Source: a virus (Duplodnaviria > Caudoviricetes). Taken from it: a stretch of 54,312 bases of DNA. Made by a program: the position numbers and the translations under genes. Below, one piece after another: positions 1 through 9,564 of the stretch (its first letter is position 1; each line of letters begins with the position of its first letter). The stretch is from positions 1 to 54,312 of IMG/VR virus record IMGVR_UViG_3300020474_000020. The stretch is one strand, 5' to 3'. The notes below the pieces were generated by a model. It did no database searches. It had not been told where the DNA came from and saw nothing but the letters and a program-made list of their open reading frames with translations.

Positions 1-1
1 T

Positions 2-1432
2 AGCAACACTACTTTTACGTATTACAAATTCTCCCGGCGTAAGCATCGCAGGGACTGTATCTCTATTGCCACTACCGGGAACCATACCGCCTGTGTTAAA
101 TCCTCTTGGGCGAGCTAAACCTCCGACAAGTCCAGCAGCACCTCTGGCAATGTTTATAGCAGCAAAAGTAGTAAGCAGTGGAATAAGTGGTTTTAGCGCT
201 TCACCAACTTTAAGTAAAGCAGACGCAATATTTAAAGAGGTTTTAGCAAACAACTGAAAAGATTTACTTTCAAACACACCTCTAATTAATGCTAAAAATT
301 GTTCTCTAACTTTAGCAATCTGTACAGCCAATGCCTGCTGTGCTGTTAAAGCATCCTGTGTAAGAGAATCACCACCAGCAATTGCAACATTTAATGCTTC
401 TTGAGCTATTCTAAATTCTTGAATTAAAGGAATGACTTTACCAATCTGCCTAAAGCCACCAAGTTCTTCAGCAATTTTAATAAATGTTAAGTCACCTTGT
501 TCAAGTCCAGCAAGAGCTTCGCTCAATCTTTTAACAGCCTCAAACGGACCAACAAACTTACCATTTAAATCTACAAGCTCAACACCAAATTGTCTTAAGA
601 ATTCTATAGTTTTAGGTCTTTGTATTCTCGTAAAGATAGTACGTAAACCAGTAGCAATACTTTCTGCCGACTCTCGTGTTGTTGCTCTAACACTAGTAAA
701 TAGCGCAATCAGTTCATTTAAATCACCACCAGCAGATTTAAACACACCTCCAGTACGACGAATAACAGCAATCAAGTCACCTGCCTCAACAGCAAATTGA
801 CCAGCAACAGCATTAATAGCACCCAGCTGTTTCTCTAAAGCTTCAGCGCCTTCTCTAAACTGATTAAAGATAGCAACTGCACCTTCAGCAGTTTGTGTAA
901 TATTATCAAACGTAGGAGCTAACGTAGAACGAGCTAAAGCATCTAGTGCTATTTTCGTTTCATTAGCACTAAGACCCGCCTGAGAAAGTATCCTACTAAC
1001 CCCAATTAAAGAGCTAGAAGCAGCACCTAAAGAAGTGGATAGCCTAGTGATTTCAGAAGTAAGACCTTTAAGCTCTTGCATAGACTTGCCAGTAACTTGC
1101 GCCACCTTTACAAGCTCTCTCTGAAAATCTATAGCTTCTTGCACAGCGTTACTAAGGGTATTAGTAAATAAACTAACAGCCCTAGTAGCGATAGCTAAAC
1201 CAGCATATCTTTTGATAGAAGCAGTTAAAGCCTTACCTAACTTGTTACTAGCATTAGCTGCTTGACTTGTAGACTTAGCTATATTCTGGATCTGACGTTG
1301 AGCCTGTTGACCGCCCTTGACATTTACATTAACATTTATATTCTGCAACTGACGTTGTATTTGGTTTACAACTTGAGCAGCATTTTTGGGTGCTTGTAAC
1401 TGTATTTGTGCAGTGAGATTAAATTTAGACAT
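2..1432 (-). CDS. Tail tape measure protein, N-terminal part (runs off the left edge)
   Basis: Not in the ORF track because no stop falls in the window. ATG at 1432 reads MSKFNLTAQIQLQAPKN...AIDFQRELVKVAQVTG...RESAESIATGLRTIFTR...GGMVPGSGNRDTVPAMLTPGEFVIRK. Ala/Leu/Gly-rich helical TP901-type TMP core, downstream of tube and chaperone genes. Confidence 0.9.
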   Translation of the reverse strand, partial: MSKFNLTAQIQLQAPKNAAQVVNQIQRQLQNINVNVNVKGGQQAQRQIQNIAKSTSQAANASNKLGKALTASIKRYAGLAIATRAVSLFTNTLSNAVQEAIDFQRELVKVAQVTGKSMQELKGLTSEITRLSTSLGAASSSLIGVSRILSQAGLSANETKIALDALARSTLAPTFDNITQTAEGAVAIFNQFREGAEALEKQLGAINAVAGQFAVEAGDLIAVIRRTGGVFKSAGGDLNELIALFTSVRATTRESAESIATGLRTIFTRIQRPKTIEFLRQFGVELVDLNGKFVGPFEAVKRLSEALAGLEQGDLTFIKIAEELGGFRQIGKVIPLIQEFRIAQEALNVAIAGGDSLTQDALTAQQALAVQIAKVREQFLALIRGVFESKSFQLFAKTSLNIASALLKVGEALKPLIPLLTTFAAINIARGAAGLVGGLARPRGFNTGGMVPGSGNRDTVPAMLTPGEFVIRKSSVA

Positions 1433-1469
1433 AGTATCTCTCTAGTAATGCTGCACACTATCCCTTTGG

Positions 1470-2297
1470 CTATCCGTCCGTTTTTGTTTTACGAGTTTTC
1501 TTAACAGTCTCATCGACGTAATCCACAGTAGTTATATACCTACCTTCTTCGTCTAATAAGTTCCCGTCAATGTCAACTCGATCACCTTTGTCATTAAGAA
1601 AATGACCAAACTCATTTATCCTTCTACCCTCTAAATCTACCATCTTGCCTTCCTTATTAACTAAAGCTCCATCATTATTCGTGAAGTGGTGCTTATTAAG
1701 AAAAACGTTTTCTGGCAGGGATTTCTCAAAATCCTTGTCCAGAGAGTACATCATCTGTGCCATTGTTGTGGCAGCTGCTAATGCTATGTCGCTATCCGAT
1801 CTTTCATCATAATCTTCTAGTGATTTATACACTTTTTCGCCATTTTCGTAGTAAGTACAGGCAGATACTAAATAGTCAAATCTGGCATTATCAGAAAGTG
1901 ATTCTGCTGTATTTCCTTCAAGGGACAGTCTCTCTCCAATTAGATCTCTTAATTCTATCCGCTTTTCTCTAATTTTGATAGCAGTCTCTTTACCTTCAAC
2001 GGCTCTTACTCTTTTACTACCGTTTTTACCAAAAGCAAGTTCTTTTTCAAGCTCTGCAATTTCCCTGCTAATATTCTTTTCTTCTTCATCTTTGTCCTCA
2101 TTCCATATATTACGAGTCTTCATAAACTGTCGTAATTCCTTTTTAGTCATAATGCCGTCAGTTAAGCATTCGCTCCAGACTTTAGCAGCGTGTCTAGTTG
2201 CTCTATTTTGAACAGCACCAGCTGGTTTTTTGACAATAATTTTTATTTTTTTACCGTCAACACTTACCTCTACCTGTCTTTGTTTTTCCTTGTCCAT
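1470..2297 (-). CDS. Putative tail assembly chaperone (275 aa)
   Basis: Charged, helical; immediately upstream of TMP; visibly paralogous to 2639..3673. Confidence 0.55.
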   Translation of the reverse strand: MDKEKQRQVEVSVDGKKIKIIVKKPAGAVQNRATRHAAKVWSECLTDGIMTKKELRQFMKTRNIWNEDKDEEEKNISREIAELEKELAFGKNGSKRVRAVEGKETAIKIREKRIELRDLIGERLSLEGNTAESLSDNARFDYLVSACTYYENGEKVYKSLEDYDERSDSDIALAAATTMAQMMYSLDKDFEKSLPENVFLNKHHFTNNDGALVNKEGKMVDLEGRRINEFGHFLNDKGDRVDIDGNLLDEEGRYITTVDYVDETVKKTRKTKTDG

Positions 2298-2298
2298 C

Positions 2299-2652
2299 CT
2301 ATTTCTCCTTTTTTGTAATTACTGGAATTGTAACTGAGTATTTTAACCATTCTACATCATACTGAGCTAGTTCCGCATCAATATTACGAGCCTGATTGTT
2401 TCCTTTGTCTAATATTTCAGATCTAATTTTTTGATATATATCTTTCATAACTTGCTGATCTTTTGTTGACTCTCCGTCGCCTTCCCATAAAAAGCCAAGA
2501 TTTTCTTCAATACTACTTAAAGCTCCAATCATAGTAGTTTGAATTTTCTTTTTAAGGATTTTAGATAGCCTTTCTCTAGAAGCTACTTTATATTTACTAT
2601 CACGGGCTTGTCTGTAATCTGTCTTTCCTTTGTCCATTTTATCTTCCTCCAA
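2299..2652 (-). CDS. Hypothetical protein in tail module (117 aa)
   Basis: Tightly packed in operon, overlaps upstream stop, GGAGG-like RBS. Confidence 0.6.
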   Translation of the reverse strand: MEEDKMDKGKTDYRQARDSKYKVASRERLSKILKKKIQTTMIGALSSIEENLGFLWEGDGESTKDQQVMKDIYQKIRSEILDKGNNQARNIDAELAQYDVEWLKYSVTIPVITKKEK

Positions 2653-3673
2653 ATTTTCCTTTAAAGGCTTCCATTTGTTTGTTTTTTTGTTTCATTATTT
2701 CATCTTTGAAATCTTGCTGTTGAGCAGATCCCTTCTTCTTCATAACAGCGGCTCTTTGCTTCTTTACCATTTTGCTGTCAAGACTATTCATGTTTTCCAC
2801 CCTATGAATATCATTTTCATTTTTTGCCATAACAAATACTTCGTCAGAATTTTTTACCTTTTCATTAGTGTTATTATCAAATTCATTTTCTGCTTTTTCT
2901 TGTTCTCGTTTTTCTGCCTGTACTATAAACCAACCGTCTAGCATGTCATCATCATCTATAACTTGTTTTGTGGGACAATCCATAGACTCTTGTATATTAT
3001 CATACATTTGAGACCACATAGTAAGTGTTGTTTGATTATATGTTATGTCCTCATCATCTTTATTAAAAAATAACTTTGCACCAGACTTTTCGTATATATT
3101 CCACAATGACTTCCAAGGTTCAGTTCTGGCTAGTTCTCTACACTGTTGCTCTGTAAGTAAAGATTTGTGCCAATGAAATAAAGCTTCGTTTATACCAATA
3201 TCTTCAAAGTCATATAGTTCATTATTTTTATATGTACTATTTTCTATGAGATATTCTAGTTTTTCCGTATACGCTATCCCTTCGCAAGTATTTTGATTAT
3301 AAGAATTTTTAATTTGTAGTTCTTCGTTTAGCTGCTTTTCTCCAGCCCTGATATATTTTCTGATTCTTTCTGCTAGATCTGAATTGTTACGAGATTTATA
3401 AATTTCTACCTTAAGCTTTTCAATATCTTTCTTTAATCCATTTACTCTTTCTTCTTTTTCTTCAGACCATAGCCCATGATCCATCATCCAAGACTCTGTT
3501 TCCTTTTCAGTCATTATGTCGTCGTCGAACGCTTGCTCATAGGCATTGTTATATATAATACAAGATTCTATATTTAACTCTATTGTAAAGGGGTGTACTA
3601 CTAAACCTTTAGGTAAATATGCTTTTCCAGATCTAATTTTATAAATAAAAAACTCCCGCTCATGATGGTTCAT
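2639..3673 (-). CDS. Putative tail assembly chaperone (344 aa)
   Basis: Directly after tail tube gene; charged/helical; paralog of 1470..2297. Confidence 0.55.
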   Translation of the reverse strand: MNHHEREFFIYKIRSGKAYLPKGLVVHPFTIELNIESCIIYNNAYEQAFDDDIMTEKETESWMMDHGLWSEEKEERVNGLKKDIEKLKVEIYKSRNNSDLAERIRKYIRAGEKQLNEELQIKNSYNQNTCEGIAYTEKLEYLIENSTYKNNELYDFEDIGINEALFHWHKSLLTEQQCRELARTEPWKSLWNIYEKSGAKLFFNKDDEDITYNQTTLTMWSQMYDNIQESMDCPTKQVIDDDDMLDGWFIVQAEKREQEKAENEFDNNTNEKVKNSDEVFVMAKNENDIHRVENMNSLDSKMVKKQRAAVMKKKGSAQQQDFKDEIMKQKNKQMEAFKGKFGGR

Positions 3674-3697
3674 TACGTAACCTCACTGCGGGAGTTT
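3647..3697 (-). terminator. Hairpin plus U-tract enclosing the RBS and start codon of 2639..3673 (terminator/attenuator-like)
   Basis: Perfect 10-bp inverted repeat aaactcccgc (3650-3659) / gcgggagttt (3688-3697); minus-strand RNA continues into a U run. Confidence 0.5.
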
Positions 3698-3738
3698 CCC
3701 ATTTGTTTGTTTCCTTTATGTTCCTAATAAATTATATA

Positions 3739-4764
3739 CTAAAGACCAGCTGGGTCGTTAGTTGAGCTAACTGTCAAGTCATTAAAGGTGCTATATGAGT
3801 AAGTAATTGTGGCATTACCTCCAGCAGCGTCACCTCCACCGTAAGTTACGGATGACAGTCTATTCTTAGTACCAAGATCGAAAGTTGTGCCGTTAAGAAG
3901 AACAACTTTAATAGTTTCCTCTGAAGTGTTAGCATCAGCGCCCTCTTCGCAAGAAACATAGTCACCAGAAATGGCAATCACTTCAAATTCAGAAGTTACT
4001 TCTACTGGGAAATTAGGCGAACGATAGTAAGGAGCTTTTCTACCAAGTTCTAGAATATCTTCACGAGCCAAGTCCGTACTACAAGTAAAGTTTTGAATAT
4101 GAACAGCTGGAGAGCCATCAAGCAAAGCATTTCCAGCTCCAGTTCCTTGAGCGCCAAAAATAGCTGCTGGTAATATAGTAGCCGAAAGGTTTACATTCTC
4201 ACGCCTAACAACACCACTTCCAGCAAATGGAGCGTCAGTACCCTTACCACCACCATCTTCTGGAATTTCCAAGGCTCTAGCAGCTGTTACAAGAGAGGGA
4301 TCATTAGTATTCCAACTTTTATCGTTTCCTACCAAGGTTACAGATTCGGTTGCATTTCCATCTGCTGGAATAGTATAAGAAATACTACTGAGATACATAC
4401 CAGACATGAAAACTTCTGCTGGTGCAGCACCAGTTACAGCATCTTGATCATCTGGGTAAATACCAAGACCAACATTACATCTAAGCTTTGATCTGTTAAC
4501 TAATGTGTTGACAGTAGCTCCGGGTGTTGCAGCGTGGTAAATAAGTGGGTGTCCATCAAGTACCTTTTCCAGCGTTACCTCAACATCTGGAAGACCTTCA
4601 ATATTTTCGTAAATTTGAATCTGACCAAGCTCAAATGCCTGCTCTAGATTAAAGTTCGTTGTAATACCCACACTTTGTACGCCATGTATTGTTCTGGGAC
4701 TGCCGTTGACAGAATTTGCAATAACTACGGCTTGGCAGGCATAAAATACTCTATTATTTGCCAT
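3739..4764 (-). CDS. Major tail (tube) protein (341 aa)
   Basis: GVQSVGITTNFNLEQAFELGQ...PDVEVTLEK beta-rich tube-like pattern; strong GGAGAG RBS; lies between terminator-like and chaperone genes. Confidence 0.75.
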   Translation of the reverse strand: MANNRVFYACQAVVIANSVNGSPRTIHGVQSVGITTNFNLEQAFELGQIQIYENIEGLPDVEVTLEKVLDGHPLIYHAATPGATVNTLVNRSKLRCNVGLGIYPDDQDAVTGAAPAEVFMSGMYLSSISYTIPADGNATESVTLVGNDKSWNTNDPSLVTAARALEIPEDGGGKGTDAPFAGSGVVRRENVNLSATILPAAIFGAQGTGAGNALLDGSPAVHIQNFTCSTDLAREDILELGRKAPYYRSPNFPVEVTSEFEVIAISGDYVSCEEGADANTSEETIKVVLLNGTTFDLGTKNRLSSVTYGGGDAAGGNATITYSYSTFNDLTVSSTNDPAGL

Positions 4765-4800
4765 TATATTCTCTCCTTGGTAAGTTGGAAAACTCTATTT

Positions 4801-4810
4801 TTATATACAC
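4801..4810 (-). promoter_or_regulatory. Putative late promoter (GTGTATATAA)
   Basis: Recurring GTGTAT motif ~40 nt upstream of the tail tube ATG. Confidence 0.6.
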
Positions 4811-4814
4811 AAAA

Positions 4815-5792
4815 TTAGATATTTGATTTAATTACTTCTACTGTACAACGAGCTATTCCTGCTGAAAAATTGCTATTTATGATTTCCATGCCCTGAACAG
4901 TGAAATTTGTAAACCTCATGTGATTTGACTGATAATTATCAATTAAATCTGGATATCTAAGAGCGCCAGATACGGGAACACCCCTGTAATCTATGGGAAA
5001 AGCCCCACTATTGGCTATATTATTATTATTAAATAATGTTATTGTTTTGTCATTTTGGAAAGAAACCATGTCTAACAACTGATTTCTTGTGTAAGCGTCT
5101 TCAGCTATGCAATGAAAAAGCACATCCGTATAGATATACTGACCGCCACCCAGCTGATAGCCCTTGTAGCTTCTCCTTGGAACTACTTCTATACCTATGG
5201 CGGGTAGTTGTATTCTCATTTCTGAAGGTATTTCAAATTCCCCTTTTCCATTACTAAAATTAGAAGGCACATCTAGGGTTCTATATTGAATCTCTCTAAG
5301 CCAAGGAACATTATTACCGTATATAACATTGATATATTTATAACTATGTTCTACCTGAACCTTGCTACCAGTAGGGATAGGGCTGTCAAAAACTACCCTC
5401 CCATTGAAATAATCTACCGTGTGAGCATAGTCTCCGGTGGTATCTGAAGAGTAGAATGTGTCATCTACATATACGCCAGATATACCGGGATACATATGGT
5501 TTTCGCCAACAATCGGGGCGGTCATTCCAGAAGGTGGATTAACTCCACTTTGCCAAACCCAGTTCTGCCTAAAACCATCCCAAGCTTGACCAGCGTTGTA
5601 GTGTGGATACGAAGAAAGCTTTAACAAGCTGTAATCTTGATTGCTGTGAGAAGTTTCCCCCTTGGTAACATTGAAATAATTACCTTTGCCTAACAAATTC
5701 CAATCTAGGAATTCTATAATATTATCTTGCAACTCATTGTTAAGAGTTGAGTCAAAAACGCTGTTAAAACCTTTGAGATTATTATTAGACAT
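4815..5792 (-). CDS. Putative tail terminator/completion protein (325 aa)
   Basis: QLPAIGIEVV...YQLGGG...DVLFHCIAED..TRNQLLD resembles tail-terminator fold; upstream of tube gene. Confidence 0.55.
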   Translation of the reverse strand: MSNNNLKGFNSVFDSTLNNELQDNIIEFLDWNLLGKGNYFNVTKGETSHSNQDYSLLKLSSYPHYNAGQAWDGFRQNWVWQSGVNPPSGMTAPIVGENHMYPGISGVYVDDTFYSSDTTGDYAHTVDYFNGRVVFDSPIPTGSKVQVEHSYKYINVIYGNNVPWLREIQYRTLDVPSNFSNGKGEFEIPSEMRIQLPAIGIEVVPRRSYKGYQLGGGQYIYTDVLFHCIAEDAYTRNQLLDMVSFQNDKTITLFNNNNIANSGAFPIDYRGVPVSGALRYPDLIDNYQSNHMRFTNFTVQGMEIINSNFSAGIARCTVEVIKSNI

Positions 5793-6414
5793 CTAGAGCT
5801 TTCCTTATAATTCTTTCTATTTCTTGTTGTTGTGGTTCTCCAACCAGCGCTCTGATAATAAAATTCTCTTCTTCTGTTCCTGAAAAACTTGGTGGTATTC
5901 TAAAAACACCTCCGGGCTTCATGATCCCACCGCCAGTTCTACCTTTATCTGAGGCTGAATATCTATAACCAATAATAATTGGAGTGTCGCCTTTTTCTAA
6001 TAACCATTCTAACCAATTTAGTTTAGAGTTAGGTACGCTCTTTATTGCCTCGGGTATGTCTCCAGCATCAACACCAGATATTATTACCTCAAGACCACCG
6101 TTTAATCTGTCGTCTACTTTATCTATATTTACTTTTATTATTCTAGTAATAGTTTTAACTAAAGCGTTTATTGCATTTAAAGCTTCTGTATTCGTAATAC
6201 CCAACATAGCCGTTAAACTATTCGGCCCGTTCTCTTCTAATAATTCTCTTACTTCTGGTTGAGCTAAAATTTGTTGCTCTACAAACATTCTAATATCTAA
6301 GTCTATTCTATTTTTCTTTCTAAACAAAAGCTGATTGAATGTTCCTGCAATAGAAGCATTAACCTTCTTAGTGAAACTAGCCACAGTGTCTACAAGATTA
6401 AGTGTGATAGCCAT
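5785..6414 (-). CDS. Putative neck/tail completion protein (likely start MAITLNL at 6414)
   Basis: WLEWLL..G motif; position between head-closure and terminator genes; the longer 6441 start overlaps the upstream gene. Confidence 0.5.
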   Translation of the reverse strand: MAITLNLVDTVASFTKKVNASIAGTFNQLLFRKKNRIDLDIRMFVEQQILAQPEVRELLEENGPNSLTAMLGITNTEALNAINALVKTITRIIKVNIDKVDDRLNGGLEVIISGVDAGDIPEAIKSVPNSKLNWLEWLLEKGDTPIIIGYRYSASDKGRTGGGIMKPGGVFRIPPSFSGTEEENFIIRALVGEPQQQEIERIIRKALDV

Positions 6415-6415
6415 A

Positions 6416-6898
6416 CTAAGCCCTCTTCCAAAAACATGCAAAGTATCTATCTTGTTTTAATCCTAGAGGTATGTGTTCTCCAACTCTTTCAAATCTCATC
6501 TCCTTATAATCTTTAATATCTTTATGTACCAATAATTGTTTTGCAGACAAAATTTTAGGTAAATCAGTCATGAATCCAATTGTTTGAATAGATGCGTCAG
6601 GCACGACAATCCCTTTAGTAATTCCCGTCCACTGTTTTTCATCCCAATATACTTTTAGTTTTATGTCGGTCAACACTTCGGTTTCTTTAATAGTTTTAGT
6701 TCCACGGTTATGTGTGCCGCCTCCTCGCCTGTGATTATTTATAGAGTTTTTATCTGGTACATTATCATCTGGATTATATACTATAACTTCTCTTTTTTCT
6801 ATAGATATAAGTTGACATGTAACTCCAAATATATTAAACGTGGAGTCTATCACATCGAAGTATTTATCGAACACAGATTGTGGAACATTAATAGGCAT
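6416..6898 (-). CDS. Putative head closure (stopper) protein (160 aa)
   Basis: Size, beta-rich pattern (FGVTCQL...IKLKVYW) and position in head-tail joining block. Confidence 0.5.
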   Translation of the reverse strand: MPINVPQSVFDKYFDVIDSTFNIFGVTCQLISIEKREVIVYNPDDNVPDKNSINNHRRGGGTHNRGTKTIKETEVLTDIKLKVYWDEKQWTGITKGIVVPDASIQTIGFMTDLPKILSAKQLLVHKDIKDYKEMRFERVGEHIPLGLKQDRYFACFWKRA

Positions 6899-6901
6899 AT
6901 A

Positions 6902-9550
6902 TCACCATGTATTTATTTGTACTCTTTTCCAGCTATTTGCGGCTACACAAACATAAATATAATTTGCATCCCACCTAATTTGACCCGGAGTTCCCGCAGT
7001 TCCTGTAGTTGCTATAGTCCCTTGTAGTGGCATATTGCCAGAAACACTATCTATCATACCAGATGTGTGTACAAGATCTGTGTCTAAAGCTATAGATGAT
7101 CCACTTTGTAATATCTCAAGAGCTTCTAACTGACCACTTACAGAGACCGTTGATGTGGGATGAGATGTTCCAATTCCTAATCTTGCACTTCCGCTGTCAT
7201 AAACAAAGTTATTAACATTTGCAAGACCTATAGCATTTCCATATCCAGATCCATCTATAAATGGTATGCCGCTAACATGGACACCTTGATCCATAGCCTT
7301 GATATCACCACCGCCAAGCTTATGTTTACCGAGCTGAACTAAAACACTACCATCAGTAGCTTCACGAACAACATAGCCAAGAGGAGAAGAATAATTAGGA
7401 ATTTCAGGAGAAGTGTTTGTATAACTTCCAGTAGCGGTCGGTGAGAGGAACAACTCGTCACCAGCAGTAAACGCTGCCGTATTAACACCACTAACTATTC
7501 CATAAGTAGTAACATATCCATAGCTATTATTTTCTATGTCGTGAGTAACTAAACCAACTACTTTAGAATTACTTTCAGAATTAGCTATAGCATACGCTAT
7601 AGTTGGCGCTGTGTTTGCATAAGATCCTGTAATTCTAACACCAGAACCATTCAAGATAGTAGAGCCAGTGCTATTATACACTCTTAAATATTCTTCTTGT
7701 CCTAATTGTTGTGCAACTTGAGATTCGTCATTATAGACAACTAGAGAGTGGCTAGTTGAATCATACCACACTCTACCTTCTGAGTGTGAAGGATGATTAG
7801 CTTGGGAGGTAAGGTTCAGATCCAAAACATTGTAAACACCACTGTCAGCAGTTATTACTCCGCTAACATCTAATGTGCTTTGGGGTATATCTGTTCCAAT
7901 ACCAATTCTATCTTCACTAGCATCTATTCTAAAAAGATTATCATTGCTAGCGCCTTCCATTCTAAGGTCTCTGTCAGCACCATTATCATTAAAAACAATA
8001 CCTACAGAACCAGCACCAACATCTAGAACACTAATCTGGCACTCTGCGCTATTACCTCCCCCTCTAATAAAAACATCAGAGCCATCTCTAGCACTTATAA
8101 AAGTATGAGTGCCACTACTAGCTATCATATAGTCAAGAGTACCAGCCATCTCCGTGTGTTTCATGCCAGCGTAAACAGTGCTAGCTGATAAAGCGCAGTC
8201 ACCAAGCATAACCCCGCTTCCATTTCTATCAGCAATTCTTATACAGTTACCGTCATCATAAACAATATCTACATCGTGTTCTGGCACTACACTGCTAGCT
8301 GCGGGCCTGTACTTACCAAGGGTAATGCCACTTTCATGTACAGAAATTTGGTGGTCATGTTTATTTCCTCCACCTCTAATATAAACATTTTTCATATCCT
8401 CTGCACTAATATATGTGTGGCTACCAGCACTCATAATCATGTACTCGTCGGCTGAGTCCATTTGAGTATGCTTTAAACCAAAATATGCACCCGGAGACGA
8501 CGCACTGTAAACACCGCTACCAACGACTAATTTAGTGCCTACTAGAATGTCTCCATTTCTAACGTCAAGTTTATAACCGTTTGATGGATTGTCAGTTCCA
8601 ATCCCAACAACCCCACCAGATTCATAAACACTACTAGCTCCTAAAGTATCATCATCGCTCCATCTAGCTAAATAGCTATGAACACCACTTGGCGTATCAA
8701 CCATCATTCCGCTTACCGCAGCTATATTTTCAGCATTGGTAACACCAGATGTCATTAATTGTCCAGAAATAAATATTAAATCTGGAACATCAGATAAAAC
8801 TAAAGTTCTAAAACTTGGTCTAGCAGGGGGACAACCAACTCCACATCCACTGGCAGGGCCAGCAAAAATTAATCCAGTATCTTGTGGCTTTAAAAATAAG
8901 TATTGATCTACAACTCCACTAAGTTCTATAACAGATTGTATATTTGCATCACCTAAAATATTTCTTTCAAAATGCTCCAGCTGTCTTCCACCAATATATG
9001 CAGGAGCAGTAGTTCCACTTGCAAATAATATGCCAGATACACCAGTGTGAATACCAGAAGTGTGAATGGTTGAAAATGCTGGAGTGCCACCAATATCAAT
9101 AGAAAAAGATGGATTTAGTTGATTGATACCTAGTCTATTATCAACACTGTTCCAAACAAAATTACTGTCATGACCAATCGTTTTATCAGAGAGCCAAAAT
9201 GTAACACCGCTTGATTTAGGAACAACTCCAGATAATGACATAACAGCATTAGTAGCTGGATAAGTGGAATAAACCTCTTTAGCTCCAGCACTAAATGAAA
9301 CTAAGTTATTACTATTACTACTAGCAAGGACGAATCTAGAAATAGTATCTGTTGAAGAGTCAGTAAATACCCCAGACCCCACTTCGTAATCAGTGCCATC
9401 AGTAGCGGCGTAAAATATTACATCGCCGTTGTCAAAACTAGATGCAAACGAACTAAAACCATTAATGCTTCCTTCTAATAGAAAAGCACTAGTTCCAGTT
9501 GTATACGAAAGCTCTTTAGTTCTATCTGCTATTTTAGGTGCTTGTGACAT
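6902..9550 (-). CDS. Fibre-like virion structural protein (882 aa)
   Basis: N-terminal DR(T/V)KE-type anchor; RLGIN/VGIGT/RIGIGT/RLGIGT fibre repeats; internal tandem duplication; C-terminal GQIRWDANYIYVC..NSWKR motif; Ser-Gly rich. Confidence 0.75.
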   Translation of the reverse strand: MSQAPKIADRTKELSYTTGTSAFLLEGSINGFSSFASSFDNGDVIFYAATDGTDYEVGSGVFTDSSTDTISRFVLASSNSNNLVSFSAGAKEVYSTYPATNAVMSLSGVVPKSSGVTFWLSDKTIGHDSNFVWNSVDNRLGINQLNPSFSIDIGGTPAFSTIHTSGIHTGVSGILFASGTTAPAYIGGRQLEHFERNILGDANIQSVIELSGVVDQYLFLKPQDTGLIFAGPASGCGVGCPPARPSFRTLVLSDVPDLIFISGQLMTSGVTNAENIAAVSGMMVDTPSGVHSYLARWSDDDTLGASSVYESGGVVGIGTDNPSNGYKLDVRNGDILVGTKLVVGSGVYSASSPGAYFGLKHTQMDSADEYMIMSAGSHTYISAEDMKNVYIRGGGNKHDHQISVHESGITLGKYRPAASSVVPEHDVDIVYDDGNCIRIADRNGSGVMLGDCALSASTVYAGMKHTEMAGTLDYMIASSGTHTFISARDGSDVFIRGGGNSAECQISVLDVGAGSVGIVFNDNGADRDLRMEGASNDNLFRIDASEDRIGIGTDIPQSTLDVSGVITADSGVYNVLDLNLTSQANHPSHSEGRVWYDSTSHSLVVYNDESQVAQQLGQEEYLRVYNSTGSTILNGSGVRITGSYANTAPTIAYAIANSESNSKVVGLVTHDIENNSYGYVTTYGIVSGVNTAAFTAGDELFLSPTATGSYTNTSPEIPNYSSPLGYVVREATDGSVLVQLGKHKLGGGDIKAMDQGVHVSGIPFIDGSGYGNAIGLANVNNFVYDSGSARLGIGTSHPTSTVSVSGQLEALEILQSGSSIALDTDLVHTSGMIDSVSGNMPLQGTIATTGTAGTPGQIRWDANYIYVCVAANSWKRVQINTW

Positions 9551-9564
9551 TTAATTCTTCCGTA

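Noticed and set aside
66-800. Plus-strand ORFs 66..257 and 432..800
   Set aside because: Antisense shadows of the tape measure gene
3739-6898. Contractile tail sheath gene
   Set aside because: No sheath-sized gene lies between the joining genes and the tube gene; genes beyond the left edge cannot be assessed
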